Of a stretch of 64,000 nt of DNA, positions 23,655 through 36,559 are shown piece after piece. The stretch comes from Raillietiella orientalis. Lineage: Eukaryota. The position numbers and the translations under genes were made by a program. The stretch spans positions 1 to 64,000 of the forward strand of contig JAYWIR010000040.1 of the NCBI GenBank assembly GCA_036172245.1, in the 5' to 3' direction. Every line of letters starts with the position of its first letter. Position 1 is the first letter of the stretch. The notes beneath the pieces are model-generated. The model saw only the letters and a program-made list of their open reading frames with translations, was not told the DNA's origin and ran no database searches.

Positions 23655-24070
23655 TTGTGCTCCACTATAACCCAACGCTAATGACCACGCTCGCTCTCTT
23701 CATCACAACCATTGGGATTAGGAGAGCCAAGATGTGCATCCTACAACGACAAGTGCCGGCATGGGACGTATTCAAATTTCTTGTCATGAAGTTAATCTGG
23801 ATCAGGAATTGTGGAAGGATACCAGCCTGGACGTATTGTTACATCTTATCGAAGATGAACAAATACATACAGGAACAAACAACGATTTCGTTGCCCCTAC
23901 GCTACCCTGAAATTTTAAAAGACAGTGTGTTGAATGTGATGTGTTAAAAAAACAAAGGGTGAATCTGTACAGTAACGGGCTGTGAAATGCTTACCTGTAA
24001 ATGTATGTTGATTGTTCTGTGATGTTGTTTCATAATAAATGCACCCCACCACTTGTCGGTTAGGGGACAG
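23655..24070 (+). mobile_element. LINE 3' end fragment related to 17820-18210
   Basis: HYNPTLMTTLALFITTI...KM...IRNCGRIPAWTY matches RYNPMVRVTIAVFITAI...KM...IKNCGPVQVWNY. Ends AATAAA-cacccc...gggg. Confidence 0.7.
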
Positions 24071-24337
24071 TTGTGAAGATCGACAGCGGAAAGAGAGAGG
24101 GATGGAAGGGAGATGGTGATTGAGCGAAGTTGGGTGGGAGGAACTCCCGTGCGCTCACGTGCGATGTCCTCTCATGGAGGGATTGCGGAAGCGCGCAGAG
24201 GCTGCCCTCAGAAACGCAACGTCGAATCACCGCCATCCTCGCACACTTAGTGAGCGTGAGATGGGAATTTTTAGTTATTATTTTGTTCACAGGACCACGG
24301 CGGGTTGACTGAGTGAAATCCTCATTGACTTGCCAAA

Positions 24338-25305
24338 GCAACGAATGGAATATTCGGAAAGTTTCATTTCCTTTGAAATAAAACAGGTACCCTTCCCAAT
24401 TGCCATGCAACAAAATTTCTACTCTCTGGATTTTTACACTTATCCCTGCCATTCTAATTCCATATCTTTTTTTCTTTCTTCGTTGTCAGCTTCAGTCGTC
24501 AACATTCCTTCTGATCTTCGGAAATCCGGCATTTCTGCATTCACTTAACACATACTCATCACACGTATGAAAAATGTACATTCGAGAAAAAATATACACA
24601 CACTTGAACCCATCTTGGCTGCACACACATCAGCGCACATTATAAATGATCGCAAAAAAATATTTCGTACAACCAAATGCGGTCATTCATCTTCATGCGC
24701 GCGCTTATATATACATATATATCAGTAAACATACAATCAGCATGCGTGTTAATGCCTAAGATCGTTCGGGATTTCGAACCAACTCCGAAGGGGTCCTGGC
24801 AGCAATGGAGGGGGAACTCAGGGATGCGAATAGGCGACCTCTCTTCTTGTGACGAGTCCAGTCGGCTGTGACGGTGCGAGGAGCACCTTCGGCGCTGTAC
24901 TAACGGGAGGGACGTCCTTTCAACAGACTTCGTAGGAGAGCCCTTGCAGGTTGCGGCAGCGCCTTGCCCGGCACGCCCCCATTTCCCAGTCACCATCCCC
25001 ACCTTACTCAGCGGAGGGCGGCTGCTCTCTGCCGATGCGCTTTCCCTCCTAGCTAGGCTCTCCTCACTACGACCCCGCGAACGGTGGACATCGGAGGAGG
25101 GTCATTGGATTCCCTTTTGATCCTTAGACAGATGGAGCCACTGAGACTCACGATTGGCATCACACACGAATCCCCACGCGAGTCTTCTCCAGTAGGTGAC
25201 TCGGGCAAGGACTCTCTACAGGAGAAGACGGCCAATACGAAGGTGGCAATAGGGAACAGCACCGCTTCCGCCTGCAGCTTTCCTCAAAGAAAGAAGCGCA
25301 TCTTC
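24338..25305 (+). repeat. ~0.9 kb block B, inverted near-identical copy at 57394-58250
   Basis: Long stretches of reverse-complement identity. ORF-track translations match (MDIGGGSLDSLLILRQMEPL; MEYSESFISFEIKQVP). Confidence 0.9.
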
Positions 25306-27220
25306 GAGCACTGTAATGAAGGCATGAGAGCGCTTGGGTTGCCGTCGCTATCGATAGTGCTCGAGGGCATTTTCTTTTTTTGCGTGTTTTTGGACTAGCC
25401 TCACGAATGTCGTTTTGTGACCTCACATTAGCCAGCCCATTTGTTCCCGTAGTTCTGAGGCGACTCAAGAGTCATTCAACGACCCGATTGAGAGTAATTA
25501 ACCTAGACTGACCTAACTAATTTTATTTCAGCTGAACTGACTTGGAAAGCAAAAGGGAAAGCAGGATCATCTTGCTCACTGACGCAGGTCAGTAAAATTC
25601 TTTCGAAAAACTCGAATGCGTACACCGTGGTACACGTAGCAAGTTCATGCTGACGAGTTTTTTTGTCGCAGCAGGGGATGCACATACCAGCTTCCTCGGG
25701 AAACAACGTACTGCCCAACTGATGCTGTGCAAACGCGATTCACGCGAAAGTCACGCACTCGAGGATTCGGAATCGCGAAACTGGCGTTGCCTTCGTCACA
25801 TAAAGCGCGCAATCATCCGAACGGTCGCGAAAGCAATGACGTGCACACATGTACCATGTACTCGTGCATCGTTCAGGAAACAAGGAACGCGTGCTTTTGG
25901 TGGAGCGTCTGATCCACCATCTCATAGGGTACTGACTGACGACCAATCTATCCCTTGCCCAATGCACGGCTTCAGACTCTTTTCACTGCACTGCAGTGCT
26001 TGTATGACATCACGACCGCAGCATTGTACCTGCTACGTAACGATGCTTGTTGCGTAGCAACAGAGATTTGTTCTCACGAAAGTTATCTGTGCTGACGTGT
26101 ACTTGGTTAGCTCGCAGATTTCGTTGGAAGAATCTCAACCCGAAGTATCGTACTGTTTCCAAATCCAGTGCGGAGCACACTGACTTTTGAATCGGGAACC
26201 TCGTACCGAATACATAATCCAATCCGGAAGTAACTCCTGTGAAGCCGGAGCTCGGGATTCGCTTCCGGAAGTCAATCCGCAAGCAATTCGGATTGTTTTT
26301 GAATCCGAGGCCCAGGAAAGTAGTGAGGCCCGAAGATGTTTGGCGGTCTCCGGAACTGGAGAGCCCGAAATCCCGTGGCAGCAGACCTGGATCCGTGGAC
26401 CGCGCTCCCCATTACAGCGGAAGCCGATCTGCCGTTCCTGGCTCCCTGTCCCGTCACCGTGGACACCTCTGTCTCGACCCAATGTGGATATGGACACGGA
26501 AGATGGCAGGTGTCCATGCTCCGGATTGGGGTCTGATGCAAGGCCATGGTCGTCCGGACGAGGTTCCGCTGGCGGAGGGCGCACTGGTGCAACAAGCTTT
26601 GCTGCCCACGCAAGACAAGCTGCGTGAAAGCTCTGCAGACAACTGTAGCACTTCGGCTGCAGCAAGTGGAAGCTGCGGGACAGCAGCTAGCAGCTTCGAC
26701 TCATCAGCAAGCTTCGACGACTGCAGCAGCGCGGGTGGAGGCTCTTTTCTTCGATATAATGCCCTGCCATCCCGCATGGCTGCCTCCAAGAGGGGCATCG
26801 GCCGCTTCTTGAGGCGCATGCTTTCGTGCCGAACTCCTTGGCCTCGCCTCGACCTCCTTGGTCTTTGGCAGCCGCGCGGGGCCATGCGAAAGAATGAAGT
26901 GAATCCTCGGATTTCCAGTTGAACAACTTCCCAGTGTGGGCTGGGAAGTTGTTCGGAAGGGATGCGCGTCTTCACGCGAGGTTTCGAGCGTCCCGACTTA
27001 GTCTGATGAGCGTCGCCTCCCTTGCCGCAGCTGCCGAATGGAACGCGACGACAGCTGCCAAATGGCAAGACGAGAGTTCTTCCCGACAGCGGCAGCCGCC
27101 AAACTCCGCGCCAGCTAAGCGGTTGCCGAGCTGGAGAACGCCACCGGAGCGCGCGTTCCGGGACCATCGGATTGCTCCGAAGGGAAAGGTCGAGGAGAAC
27201 GTGCGGTTGGCACCCTTTGT

Positions 27221-27916
27221 TTGTTTGTTTTTTAGTCTCCGAAGGGGGGACCCCAAAGGGAATCTCCTTCCTCATTCTCACCGGAGGGAAACCCCCCGTA
27301 ATGGGGGTTGGTCCTCTCCATTTCAACTTCTCCCAAGGGAACCCGGAAAGGAACCGCTCGTAGGAATTTCTTCTCTGGAGGGAACTCGCAAGGGAACCGC
27401 TCCTGTTCACTCCTCTGAAGAGAACCCCGAAGGGACGCTTCCGAAACTCAGAAGGGGCTCTGCAGCTTCCCGCAGGGAATCGCTCTTGCTTGCTTCCTTG
27501 TGCACACTCTGTGAAGAGGCGACGACTCGGAGGGAGCCCCCAACAGGGGGGTCCGCTCCCTTGAACAACTGGAGAGGTAACCATGATGGCTCCTGCTCCA
27601 TCTTAAAACCGGAGGCGCTCCCCCGGTGACGGGGGTCCGCTCTCCGTTGCACGACCAGAGGGGGAACCCTCCACTCCTTTATTCCTGGGAGGACCCGAAG
27701 GTCGACTCCCATTGTTCCGGCCTTCATCGGGAGGCCGCCGGCTTTATCCACCGCCGGGGCCACGTCCGAATGTCTCTGTCAACCAGCGCCGTTGCAGGAG
27801 AAACTCGGAACCCAAACGGCGCAGTGGCGTCAGTTATCTACAGAAGTATTCGAACCCGCGACTCATGGCACCACACACGGAGGCCTTAACCATAAAGCCT
27901 CCGACGCGGGTCCTTT
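27221..27916 (-). mobile_element. tRNA-derived SINE with multi-hairpin body, complete copy 2
   Basis: tRNA-like head at 27841-27911 with A/B boxes, 3' tail AAAAAACAAACAA, and an 11 bp TSD GCACCCTTTGT at 27210-27220 and 27917-27927. Confidence 0.9.
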
Positions 27917-28749
27917 GCACCCTTTGTGTGGTCGTTCCGGCGCCGACCCTTCCATGCACGTGAGAGACAGAACTTTTCCCTCCCCGGAGTTTCCAGGATA
28001 TTCGGCTCGACGAAACCTCGCACCCGGTAAACTGTCATCCCCGAACTTTCCGCCGTGCGGGACGGATGGATTCGTTCCCTCGCCTGTTGCTTGTGTCGGA
28101 TGTCGTGCAAGGACTGCGCGACAGTCTGTCTGCACCGCTGCTGCTTTCCGAGGACAAATATAGGGGCTGCAAACGCTACCGCTAAAAACGCAGGCACGAG
28201 TAAAGATGACAAAAATGAAGAGGGAGAAAAAAAGGGACTTTGCGTCCTGAGTGAGGGATTGACATGGAGGAATTTCCGCTTGCTCTTTCTGCATTTCTTG
28301 CATCCCGAGCACTTGTAGCCGACGGAGGTTTCGAGCAGCCCTTCGCTTGTACTCTTTGTCCCCTTATCTGATATCTTTGTCAGCAGGTAGTTTGTTCATT
28401 CCTGAAGAAACATCCCGGCGCAACCGCGTAAGGAACATCGCAGGTTCCGCGCTGTCCGTCCCAACACGAGGACAAAAGGACTGCCTTCCGACATGGTTCG
28501 GACACGCAGCTCCAGCATTGCTGCAACGGCCTGCAAGGAAGTGAACACCGAGCAACCCGGTCGGAGGATGTGACGCTGCTCTCAACGCCGAATAACAAAG
28601 AAACGAAAATACAGGGGTCGGGCAGGAAGCAAGACAAAAGCGGAAGCAGCCAGGCAGCGCCGCGAAAGGAATTGCAGAGAGTTCACGATATTTCCTAGCT
28701 TTTCGCGACCTCATTCCAGGAAAGGGTGCAGGGAACCACCCCGGTATTT

Positions 28750-29900
28750 CGGTTTTCACCCGGGTTTCGCCGGGGCATTTATTAAAAAAAATACTCTTAC
28801 AAAGACGTGCTGTGGCTGGCCCAATGCTCCAGCTACGCACGAAGAAACACAGAGCCTGCCGGGTCACCGATTTGCAGACCGGTACGGTCTACCACGGCAG
28901 CAGGGGGGAGAGGGATAAACCAAAAAAATAAACAAAAAAAAAAAAGAAAAGGTGGGAGGGTAAGGGAAGGGATCACTGTTGCTGCTGGGGCCGTTGCATC
29001 CTTCGCAGGATACCGGCAAGCTCTTCTTCTATTCCGGGATCCAGTTGGGGCCATTGCGACGCCCTTCTCAAAAATTCGGCAGCGTACTGGATAGCACCCT
29101 TATCGCGTGGTCCTCCCGCAGCCTTGCTCCAAGCGGCGACGATCCTGCGAAGGCAGCACAGGACTGCTAACGAGGCCGCAGGCGGAAGGGTGTCCGCAAC
29201 GAAGAGGGCTTTCAAGGCGTCCCTGGGGTTGCCACAGGGGATTCCGATGGCCGCGGCAAAGCGGAACCAAAGAAACCGAAGGGCAACACAATCCACAAGC
29301 AGGTGGGGTAGGGACTCCCGTTACCCACACCTGACGAAATTGGGGTCCACCGCTCTCCAGGTCCAGTGGTGTCGGCGGGCGTTGCAGGGGAGTCCTTAGT
29401 GTTGCAACAGGAGAGCCGACTCCTGCCATTTTAAGGGGATGGTGGAGGTGCTCATGAACACCGGGGGCCACTTCAGATGTTCAATGAGAACATCGAGCAG
29501 CGCGCAACTGCGCAGAAGTCCATGGGGAGGTGTACTCGGGGTGGCAGAGTCAGTCAGCTGACCCGTCTTCCACTCTCCTATCTTCTTCTCCTTCCTGGAG
29601 ATTTTTATTGTAACCTCCCACTTCGCCGCAACATCGCTGTCCAGATCTTCCATCAGGGAGGCCAGCGCAGCAGCGAGGGGGGTTCTTCGGATCCTCCAGG
29701 ACCTCTCGGAGCGTGCAACTTCTGTGGCACCCAAACAGGAACCGTCGTACCCCGGTATTTCGGGTGCGCCAATCGATTCCCCCTAAATCACACCATCTCG
29801 TCGAGATGTGGATCCCGGAAGATGAGCCATCTTCGAACCGCGATGGACAGCACCCTTTGCAGATGGGTTGTTCGGGAGTCGCGGCGTGCAGTGCGACTGT
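28750..29900 (-). mobile_element. L1/Tx1-clade LINE 3' fragment
   Basis: KKIGEWKTGQL...HLKWPP...PLKWQESALLLQH; DCVALRFLW...GIPCGNPRDA. Ends AATAAAtgccccggcgaaacccgggtgaaaacc. Confidence 0.8.
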
Positions 29901-32900
29901 GCAGAATGCTTTCATCAGTCCGTAGATGGCTGGTGAAATCGGTTGTTCTTTTCCTTTCTCTGGGGCATTTTACACGGATCTGCAGATTCCATGTCCTGCA
30001 TGCCTCTCAGGGATTCGTCTATCTGTGCGTCTGAATATACACGCTTGCGTACGAGCATGTGTACGCGCATGTCCCGCGGTCAATGCGTGTGTGTGAGCAC
30101 GGATGCGCGCGCCGCTTGTGTGGCAGCGGGGTTTGAAAAAAGAGGCAAACATTGCACTGACCGTTGGCTACAAAACCGAGACCATGGAATCGGTTGAAGA
30201 GGATGATCCTCACGGAAAACTACATGCTCGTTTTCACTCTTCGTGCAGCTTCTATTAATTTCACGGCGGCACTTTGTTCTTAAAGCGTTTTCAAGGTAGA
30301 GTGGGCATTTGTGAAAGTGGAAATGGCTGTGCTTAGTGTGTTCCGAGTGCTTCGGCGAGTGTATCTCGAGGCGAACGTGGCTGTTTCAGCAGATCGGGAA
30401 TAACACGCAACAGGCAAAAACAGGTAAATAGGGAGAATGCTGTTGGCCCTCGCCAACGTTCTGACTGCTTGCTGCGCGTCGCGGTCTCCTCGTCGGCTCG
30501 TGTCGACGTGGTGGCGGTTGCGGGAGCGATCCGTAGGCGGGATGCAAGTGATGCGCCATGGACTTTGCTGTCGTGTTTCCAGCTCAATTGAATGCTTGCT
30601 GATGACATGTTGTTGTCTCCATTGAAGAGGAAACCATGTCAATGGCCACGGCTTTCGAATCCGTTGTGGCACGATTGGAAAAAGCAGCCATGACATTGCA
30701 AGCGGAGGTAACAACCGTGGCCCAACCTCGTGTATAAGAGTCCGATAGCTCCGGTAATTCGATTTTCCCATGTATGCTTGCTTAAAGCTTACAGAGAAGT
30801 ACGAAGGTGTACATCCATGCTGGCTAAAGTTGCCCAACTCACTCGTCGAAACGCGTTCCCAAGGGTGTTTCGAAGCGTTGGGTTTGGGAAGCAATTCGCT
30901 GTTTTGTTCTCTCTAGCATTCCTTGTCTCCTTTTTGTGACCATCAACTGGAAAACATATGGCTAGCAGTTTGGGTTTCCGGGATGGGAAGCAATGTCAGA
31001 AGTCCTTGTGATTCCGGTTCGTCGCTTATCTTTTTAGAAACGGACCCTGACTAGTTCCTGCGCTATCACCAAATTCAATCGGTATCTTTGGCGGTTTACC
31101 GCTTTCGGTCAAGAAGCATCACCAAAGTTCGGCAGCACGCGAACAGAGTGGTGAAGGCATTCCGGAAAGAGCTCGGTATTTTAAAGACCATCGTTCGAGG
31201 ATGCCTTCTTGCCGTTTGAAAAGTGTGTGAACAAGTGCTTGTGAGCAACTTTCTTTGCTTCTGCAAAATACAGAGTGATTTTCTCCATTTAGCATCTTAT
31301 TGCAAGCAGGCTGAAGACCGGATGATGCTCTAACTACTTGAGCCCCTTTCGAATGTCTTCGACAGATCGAAACTTTCAAAGAGAACGAGAGCTCACGAGC
31401 CACTTACTCTCATCTTTGTGTGATAAGCGGAAGCGTTGAGGATCTTGCTTGGGTGACAAGGCTAAGTAGAAGGGCATGGATCTGGAAATGTGTACTTTAG
31501 CAGATCCCATCTCCGGCTACCGTTGTGAAGGATATGCTGGATGTGGCGGAGTTGCTTGTTAATCGCGTCCTTGAGGAATGGGAAGCAAAGTAAGTCTGGG
31601 GGATAGAGGGAGGAGCGAAAAGTTGCTTCTTGCTTTCAGGGAGGAGCACGTCTCGTGGGTCATTCGTGGATAAGTGGGTTGTTCGACTTGCACACATTTT
31701 AGCAAACGCATCAAAGAACAATTTGGAGCTGGAACGCTGAGGGGTGCAGCGTTTTCGTGCGCGTAACGAGACCCCCACTTGAACTCATCACGACCTCTCT
31801 CCGGTCGGCCACAGTCCCATCAGCTGATACGACTGTGGTGCTGGTAAATTGCAACGGCAGCGAAGGAGTAGGAAAACATACGATGTTTGCTGATTTCAGA
31901 GTCCTTTTAATGACTCTTTCTAGGCCCACTGCATGTCTCCGATGGCAGGAAAGCAGTGAAGTCTCCAGGCATACATACAGGAGCAGGTTGTACAGTGTCT
32001 GGGACGATGGGATGGCATGAATAAACTTTTCGAAAATGCTATCCATTCTTTTGCTATCCTGTCGTGAATTTTGCAACATCATGCATCAACAAAGGTTTGC
32101 ACACCCAATGGTGCATCCTTGTGCAGATGGTGCACGGTGATGCCCGTCGAGACATTGCATCTTCTCGGAATGATCCATGTGCTTCGCGTTCATGTTGACC
32201 GTGTAAGAAACTTTTGTTGTAGTCGAGGCCCTGGAGAGGCTGAACGCACTTTAAACGAACAGCATTCGCTCGAGAAAATTCCGTGGAAATTTTGCTGTCT
32301 TCCCTTTTTTGTGGGGAAGGTATTTCATTTTTTGTCTCAACAGAAACAAAAAACGAAGGAGTATTCAGGAGGAATCCCCAAAGCCAGAAAAAGGTGGTGC
32401 CTCTTAATTGCAGAGGTGGTGCACGCATCACCATTTGCGGTTTTGCGGAATGCATTGCAATGACAAAAACGGAATCCTTCATCTTTGCCGTAAGAAAGAA
32501 TACGCAGGAAAGTTGATCCATGGAGTTTTCTACCTACAGTCCGTCCATGAGAAGCCGGCAGAAGGCTGATCTTAGCGTTTTGAAATCGGAGGTCTGACGG
32601 AATAGCCAACAGAACAAATCTATAGCTGAGTTATTCCATGGTCGTGTGCTGCAGCATGAGACTTTTTCCGAACCTACACAGTGATTTCTTGACTTTTTTT
32701 ATCCCGAATCAGTCCTAGGTTGCGAGAGGACTAGTCTGCCTTGTTCATAGGGTTTCAGACAAAATCCGCCAGCTGTTGCAGGCTCTCTTGCATTCTGGAT
32801 TACCTTCATGCCTGAATGTCCATCTTTTGCAATATGATCTGCCCCTTTTTTTAATTGGTTTTCCACTGCTCACCGTACAATTCACTGCAAGGGAAGAAAC

Positions 32901-32984
32901 TATCGAATGGCAAATTGAAATTCGTTTCCGAATATGCGCACTGTGGATGCCTTTCTCATCTGCTCCTTCCTCAAATAAAATCCA

Positions 32985-33507
32985 CTGATCTTTTCTTTAG
33001 ATGACCCAACGTCTTACACAGCCCGCAGTATTTTTCCCTCCCCACGCGCCAGACGCCAACGAGTCCGTCGTTGATTTTCAGTTTGTGGAAAAGTTCAATG
33101 TTTTCGCGGAGAGTTACCCGCGCGGCGACTCGCCCACTAAATGCGCCTCTGAAAGTGGAGGCGTTGGCGTAAATGTTCACGAATTTGTTTAATTCCGTGC
33201 GGATGGCTTCCTCGCCCATCCGCAGAGTTGCTTAGGTTAGGTGGATCGCTATCGAGTGACTCACCGTGTGCGGTAGGAGATTTCGTCCCTCGAATGGGAC
33301 GGGCGTGCAGAGCAGTTTGTGCGTGAGCTCTGCATTCCTGCAGATGAGCTCCGCGAACTGTCCGCCGCTCCGAACGGAGAGGCACAAAATCTCCTCATCA
33401 ACTATATCCATCTTTCGGATGGCATTACCAAATTTCCGCGTGGTTATTTCATAAAAGAGAGCAGGGTTGTAGCCCTCCTTTATGTAGGCCTTGATTTCTG
33501 CTGCCAC
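32985..33507 (-). pseudogene. L1/Tx1-type ORF1 fragment (RRM-like region plus CCHC knuckle)
   Basis: Two in-frame ORFs split by one stop, ending REKYCGLCKTLGHLKK (CX2CX4H knuckle), the layout of Tx1/L1 ORF1p. Confidence 0.6.
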
Positions 33508-34990
33508 TTCTGCGGCGATCGGCCCGTTTCAAGGTAGCAGGTTTTTCCTGCCAAAACGGGCCCCGATATGGGACGCGTTGGCTGCCCCTCTCCTCCGTTC
33601 CCTACTTTTTGTTTGTCCCCCCACCAAAGAGACAAAAAAGAGGACGAAGAACCTCTTAAGGATTGCCCTGTGGGGCAGAGGGAGGGCCCGAGTCCTGCTT
33701 GTGGACTTGAGCGCTCCGCGTCGGGACGGCGGTCTCGGCCTCCTGACGCTGGAGCGGTTGGAGCTCCAGCTCCAGTTTCGGTTACTCGCCCAAGTGCCGA
33801 AGTATTGGAACACCGGTTGGTGCGACCCTGCACGCCTCCTCGTCAAGCAGGCCACCGGCAAGATGCGACTGTCGTCCTTCTTTGCACTCCGTCGTCGCCG
33901 CCAAGTCGGCCACTGCGGTTTGCAGCTGCGGAGTGGCCGATCTGATGAGAAACAATGCAGGATGGCTCTCTTGTCGCCCTGTGAACGGAACCGCCTGGCT
34001 GCAGGAGACCGTATACACGTGGACGAGGAGCAGCGAGCAACGCGCCGAACAAGATCGCAGACAACTGTTTGCGCGCATTGACCGCCTCACGCTCTGGGAG
34101 ATCCTGGAGAACCTCCAAAAACGAGCGTGGGGAAGGAAAACTCCCATCACTGCAGTGCTTCCATCCATCATGGAACATCTGGGCAGCGACATCATGGCCA
34201 AATGGGAGGTTTTTGCTAGAATCTCCGGAACGGAGAAAAAAATCGGGGAGTGGAAAACGGGTCAGCTAATCAACGCAGCGTCCCCTATTACCACCCCTAT
34301 TAAACTTTTGCGCTTGGGCGAGCTGCTGGATGTTTTGCCGGAACATCTGAAGTGGCCCCTGATGTTGATAGACACCCGTACCCTCCCACTGAAGAGGCAA
34401 GAGTCGGCGCACATAGTGCTGTACTGGGGACTCCCGTGCAACGCCCGCCGACTCCACTGGACCTTGAAGCGGTCGACCCCAATTGCATAAAGTGTAAGGA
34501 GCATGAGTCCCTTCCTCACCTGTTAATGGATTGTCTTGCTCTATGGCACCTTTGGAACCTCTTTGCAGTAGCCATCGGAATCCCCTGCGGCAACCCCAGG
34601 GACGCAATTAAAGCCCTCTTCGTTTGCGACGCCCTCCGGCCTGCGGCCTCGTTAGCAGCCCTGTGCTGCCTACGCGAGGTCATCGTCTCATGGAGCAAGG
34701 CAACGGGAGGACCCCGCGATAAGAGTGCCGTCCAGTGCGCCGCCGAATTCATGAGGATGGCGTCAGGATGAGCCCACCCAGACACGCACATCAAAGAAGA
34801 GCTTGCCGGCATCCTAGAAAGGATGTAACGCCCCCCAACAGACTGTGATTGCTTCCCGTGTCCCCCAGATGTCTTTTTCTATTTACTTTTTAATTTTTTG
34901 TTTTGTCCCTACCCCCTTCGCTGTTGTGGTGGACCGTACCGGTCTGCGAACCGGTCCCGGCAGACTCGCAATAGTTTGTTTGCGCGTGGC
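33508..34990 (+). mobile_element. L1/Tx1-clade LINE ORF2 3' fragment, close relative of 28750-29900
   Basis: LSAPRRDGGLGLLTLER, KKIGEWKTGQL, LYWGLPCNARRLHW, CIKCKEHESLPHLLMDC. Confidence 0.85.
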
Positions 34991-36559
34991 TGAATCACTG
35001 GTAAAGCAACAGATTCTCAATTTCTTTGATTCGAAAGAAACGCTTCTCACCTGCTGGCCGGCCCCTGCGCACCCGGATGAGAAACGAGCTCCTGAACGAC
35101 AAAGCCTCGTAGGTGCTGGCGGAGTTGCTCCGCTGCAACCGGATTGCTGAGCTGTCGGCCGGCATCCTCCAGCCGTGCGTCGGAGGGTCCTTGCCAGGCG
35201 GAAGAAGCTCAAACTCCAGCCTGTGGTGGTCGGAAAGCTCGGAAGTCGTTCCACTCGACAGAGCAAGTGTTGGTCGAGGAACACATGGTCCGGCAACCGG
35301 CACATCGCTAAATCGTCGGCTAGCAAATTGGCAAGTGTGCACGGGCGTGCACACCTCGTTTGCCATCCGCTTTTCTCGCGACCTGCGTCCGCGTCTGTGC
35401 ACGGAATGCAGCACGAGAGAGCAAAATGCGTTCTTAAAATACATTCGCGGCTGAGAGAAGCATCTCTTGTGCCTTCAGAAGCTGGCAAACCGAGTCCCGC
35501 TAGTCTGAAGTGCGAGGTGTTTGGAACTCCCAGCACCTGGAGTGTTGTCAAGTAGCATGCATGAGGCGAAAATTCTTCTTGGGAGATTCTTCGTAGTTTT
35601 ACGAGAAAAATTCTTTTCTTCTAACAGATTGCATAGTGGTAACTGATTTTCATTACTTGAAAAACAACCTCGTGATGATTTCCCCTTCTCGACTGAGCTG
35701 GGAGTCCAAGAAACTTGGCTCTCGCATGAGTTGATAGTTTTTCGCAATGACACGCGCGTTCACATGGACACTCGCAGGATAGAAAACGATGAAAGCAGGA
35801 GACAAGATGGCTATTTTTGTGAATGCAGCAGGAGGACATCTTTGTCTTGTGCTCAGAAAGAAGGAAAGAAAAAACAAAGTGAAGGCACCGCGAAGTGCAC
35901 GTATTCCATGAGCTGAAGCGCAACATTTCTCTTGGCAGCCTCCATGCAGATGGCTCTGCTATCAAATCACTGTCGCTCATCCATTGGAGTCTCGGCCCTC
36001 CAAGGAGACGGACGTCTTCTGCGCACGCTCTGCGAAAAGGAAAGGCTTTTGTTTTCGAGCTCCGCAGAGTCGTTGACTCGCAAAGTGCGTTGCATTCCTT
36101 AGCGCATTCCACTGTGAGTAGTGGTTTTCCTGTGTAGTGACGTGGCTAGTGTGAATTGCCTTGTGGAATATGCGAAAATTGTGGATGAGCCAGGGGCTGT
36201 CTCCAGGTGGAAAACCGCTGACCGCCACGCCGGTGGCGAAGCAGCCCGCGTTGCGTGATGGGGACCTGGAAGGCTCCAAGGATAGGAACGCAGAGTATCC
36301 CTTCCCAATCCACGCTTGTAGAGAGATGTCGTCGCGGCAGCGGAGGCCAGCGGGAGAACCCCAGTGAAGGCAGAGATTCAGGCGTGCATCAGCCCACGGC
36401 CACAAGCCTGCAATCCGCTACAAGGTAGGCCATAATTCGCGACCTCGACAGCAAGATCATCCCCATTCCATGGTGTGCTCCCGCGGGAATGTTTCTGAGA
36501 CGCAGCACCGGCAGCGAATGACTTCTTTCGTTACTGCCTCATAAGAAGCGCGCCACGAG

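Noticed and set aside
26100..26900. gag/ORF1-like remnant
   Set aside because: The zinc-knuckle pattern is too degenerate to call.
26454..27584. 376-aa minus-strand ORF
   Set aside because: It runs through the GC-rich SINE, its tail and its TSD into unrelated DNA, with no protein motifs. It is a chance ORF.
31850..32080. hAT-like C-terminal motif (SCH..AV..ERVIK)
   Set aside because: A single short, degenerate motif only.
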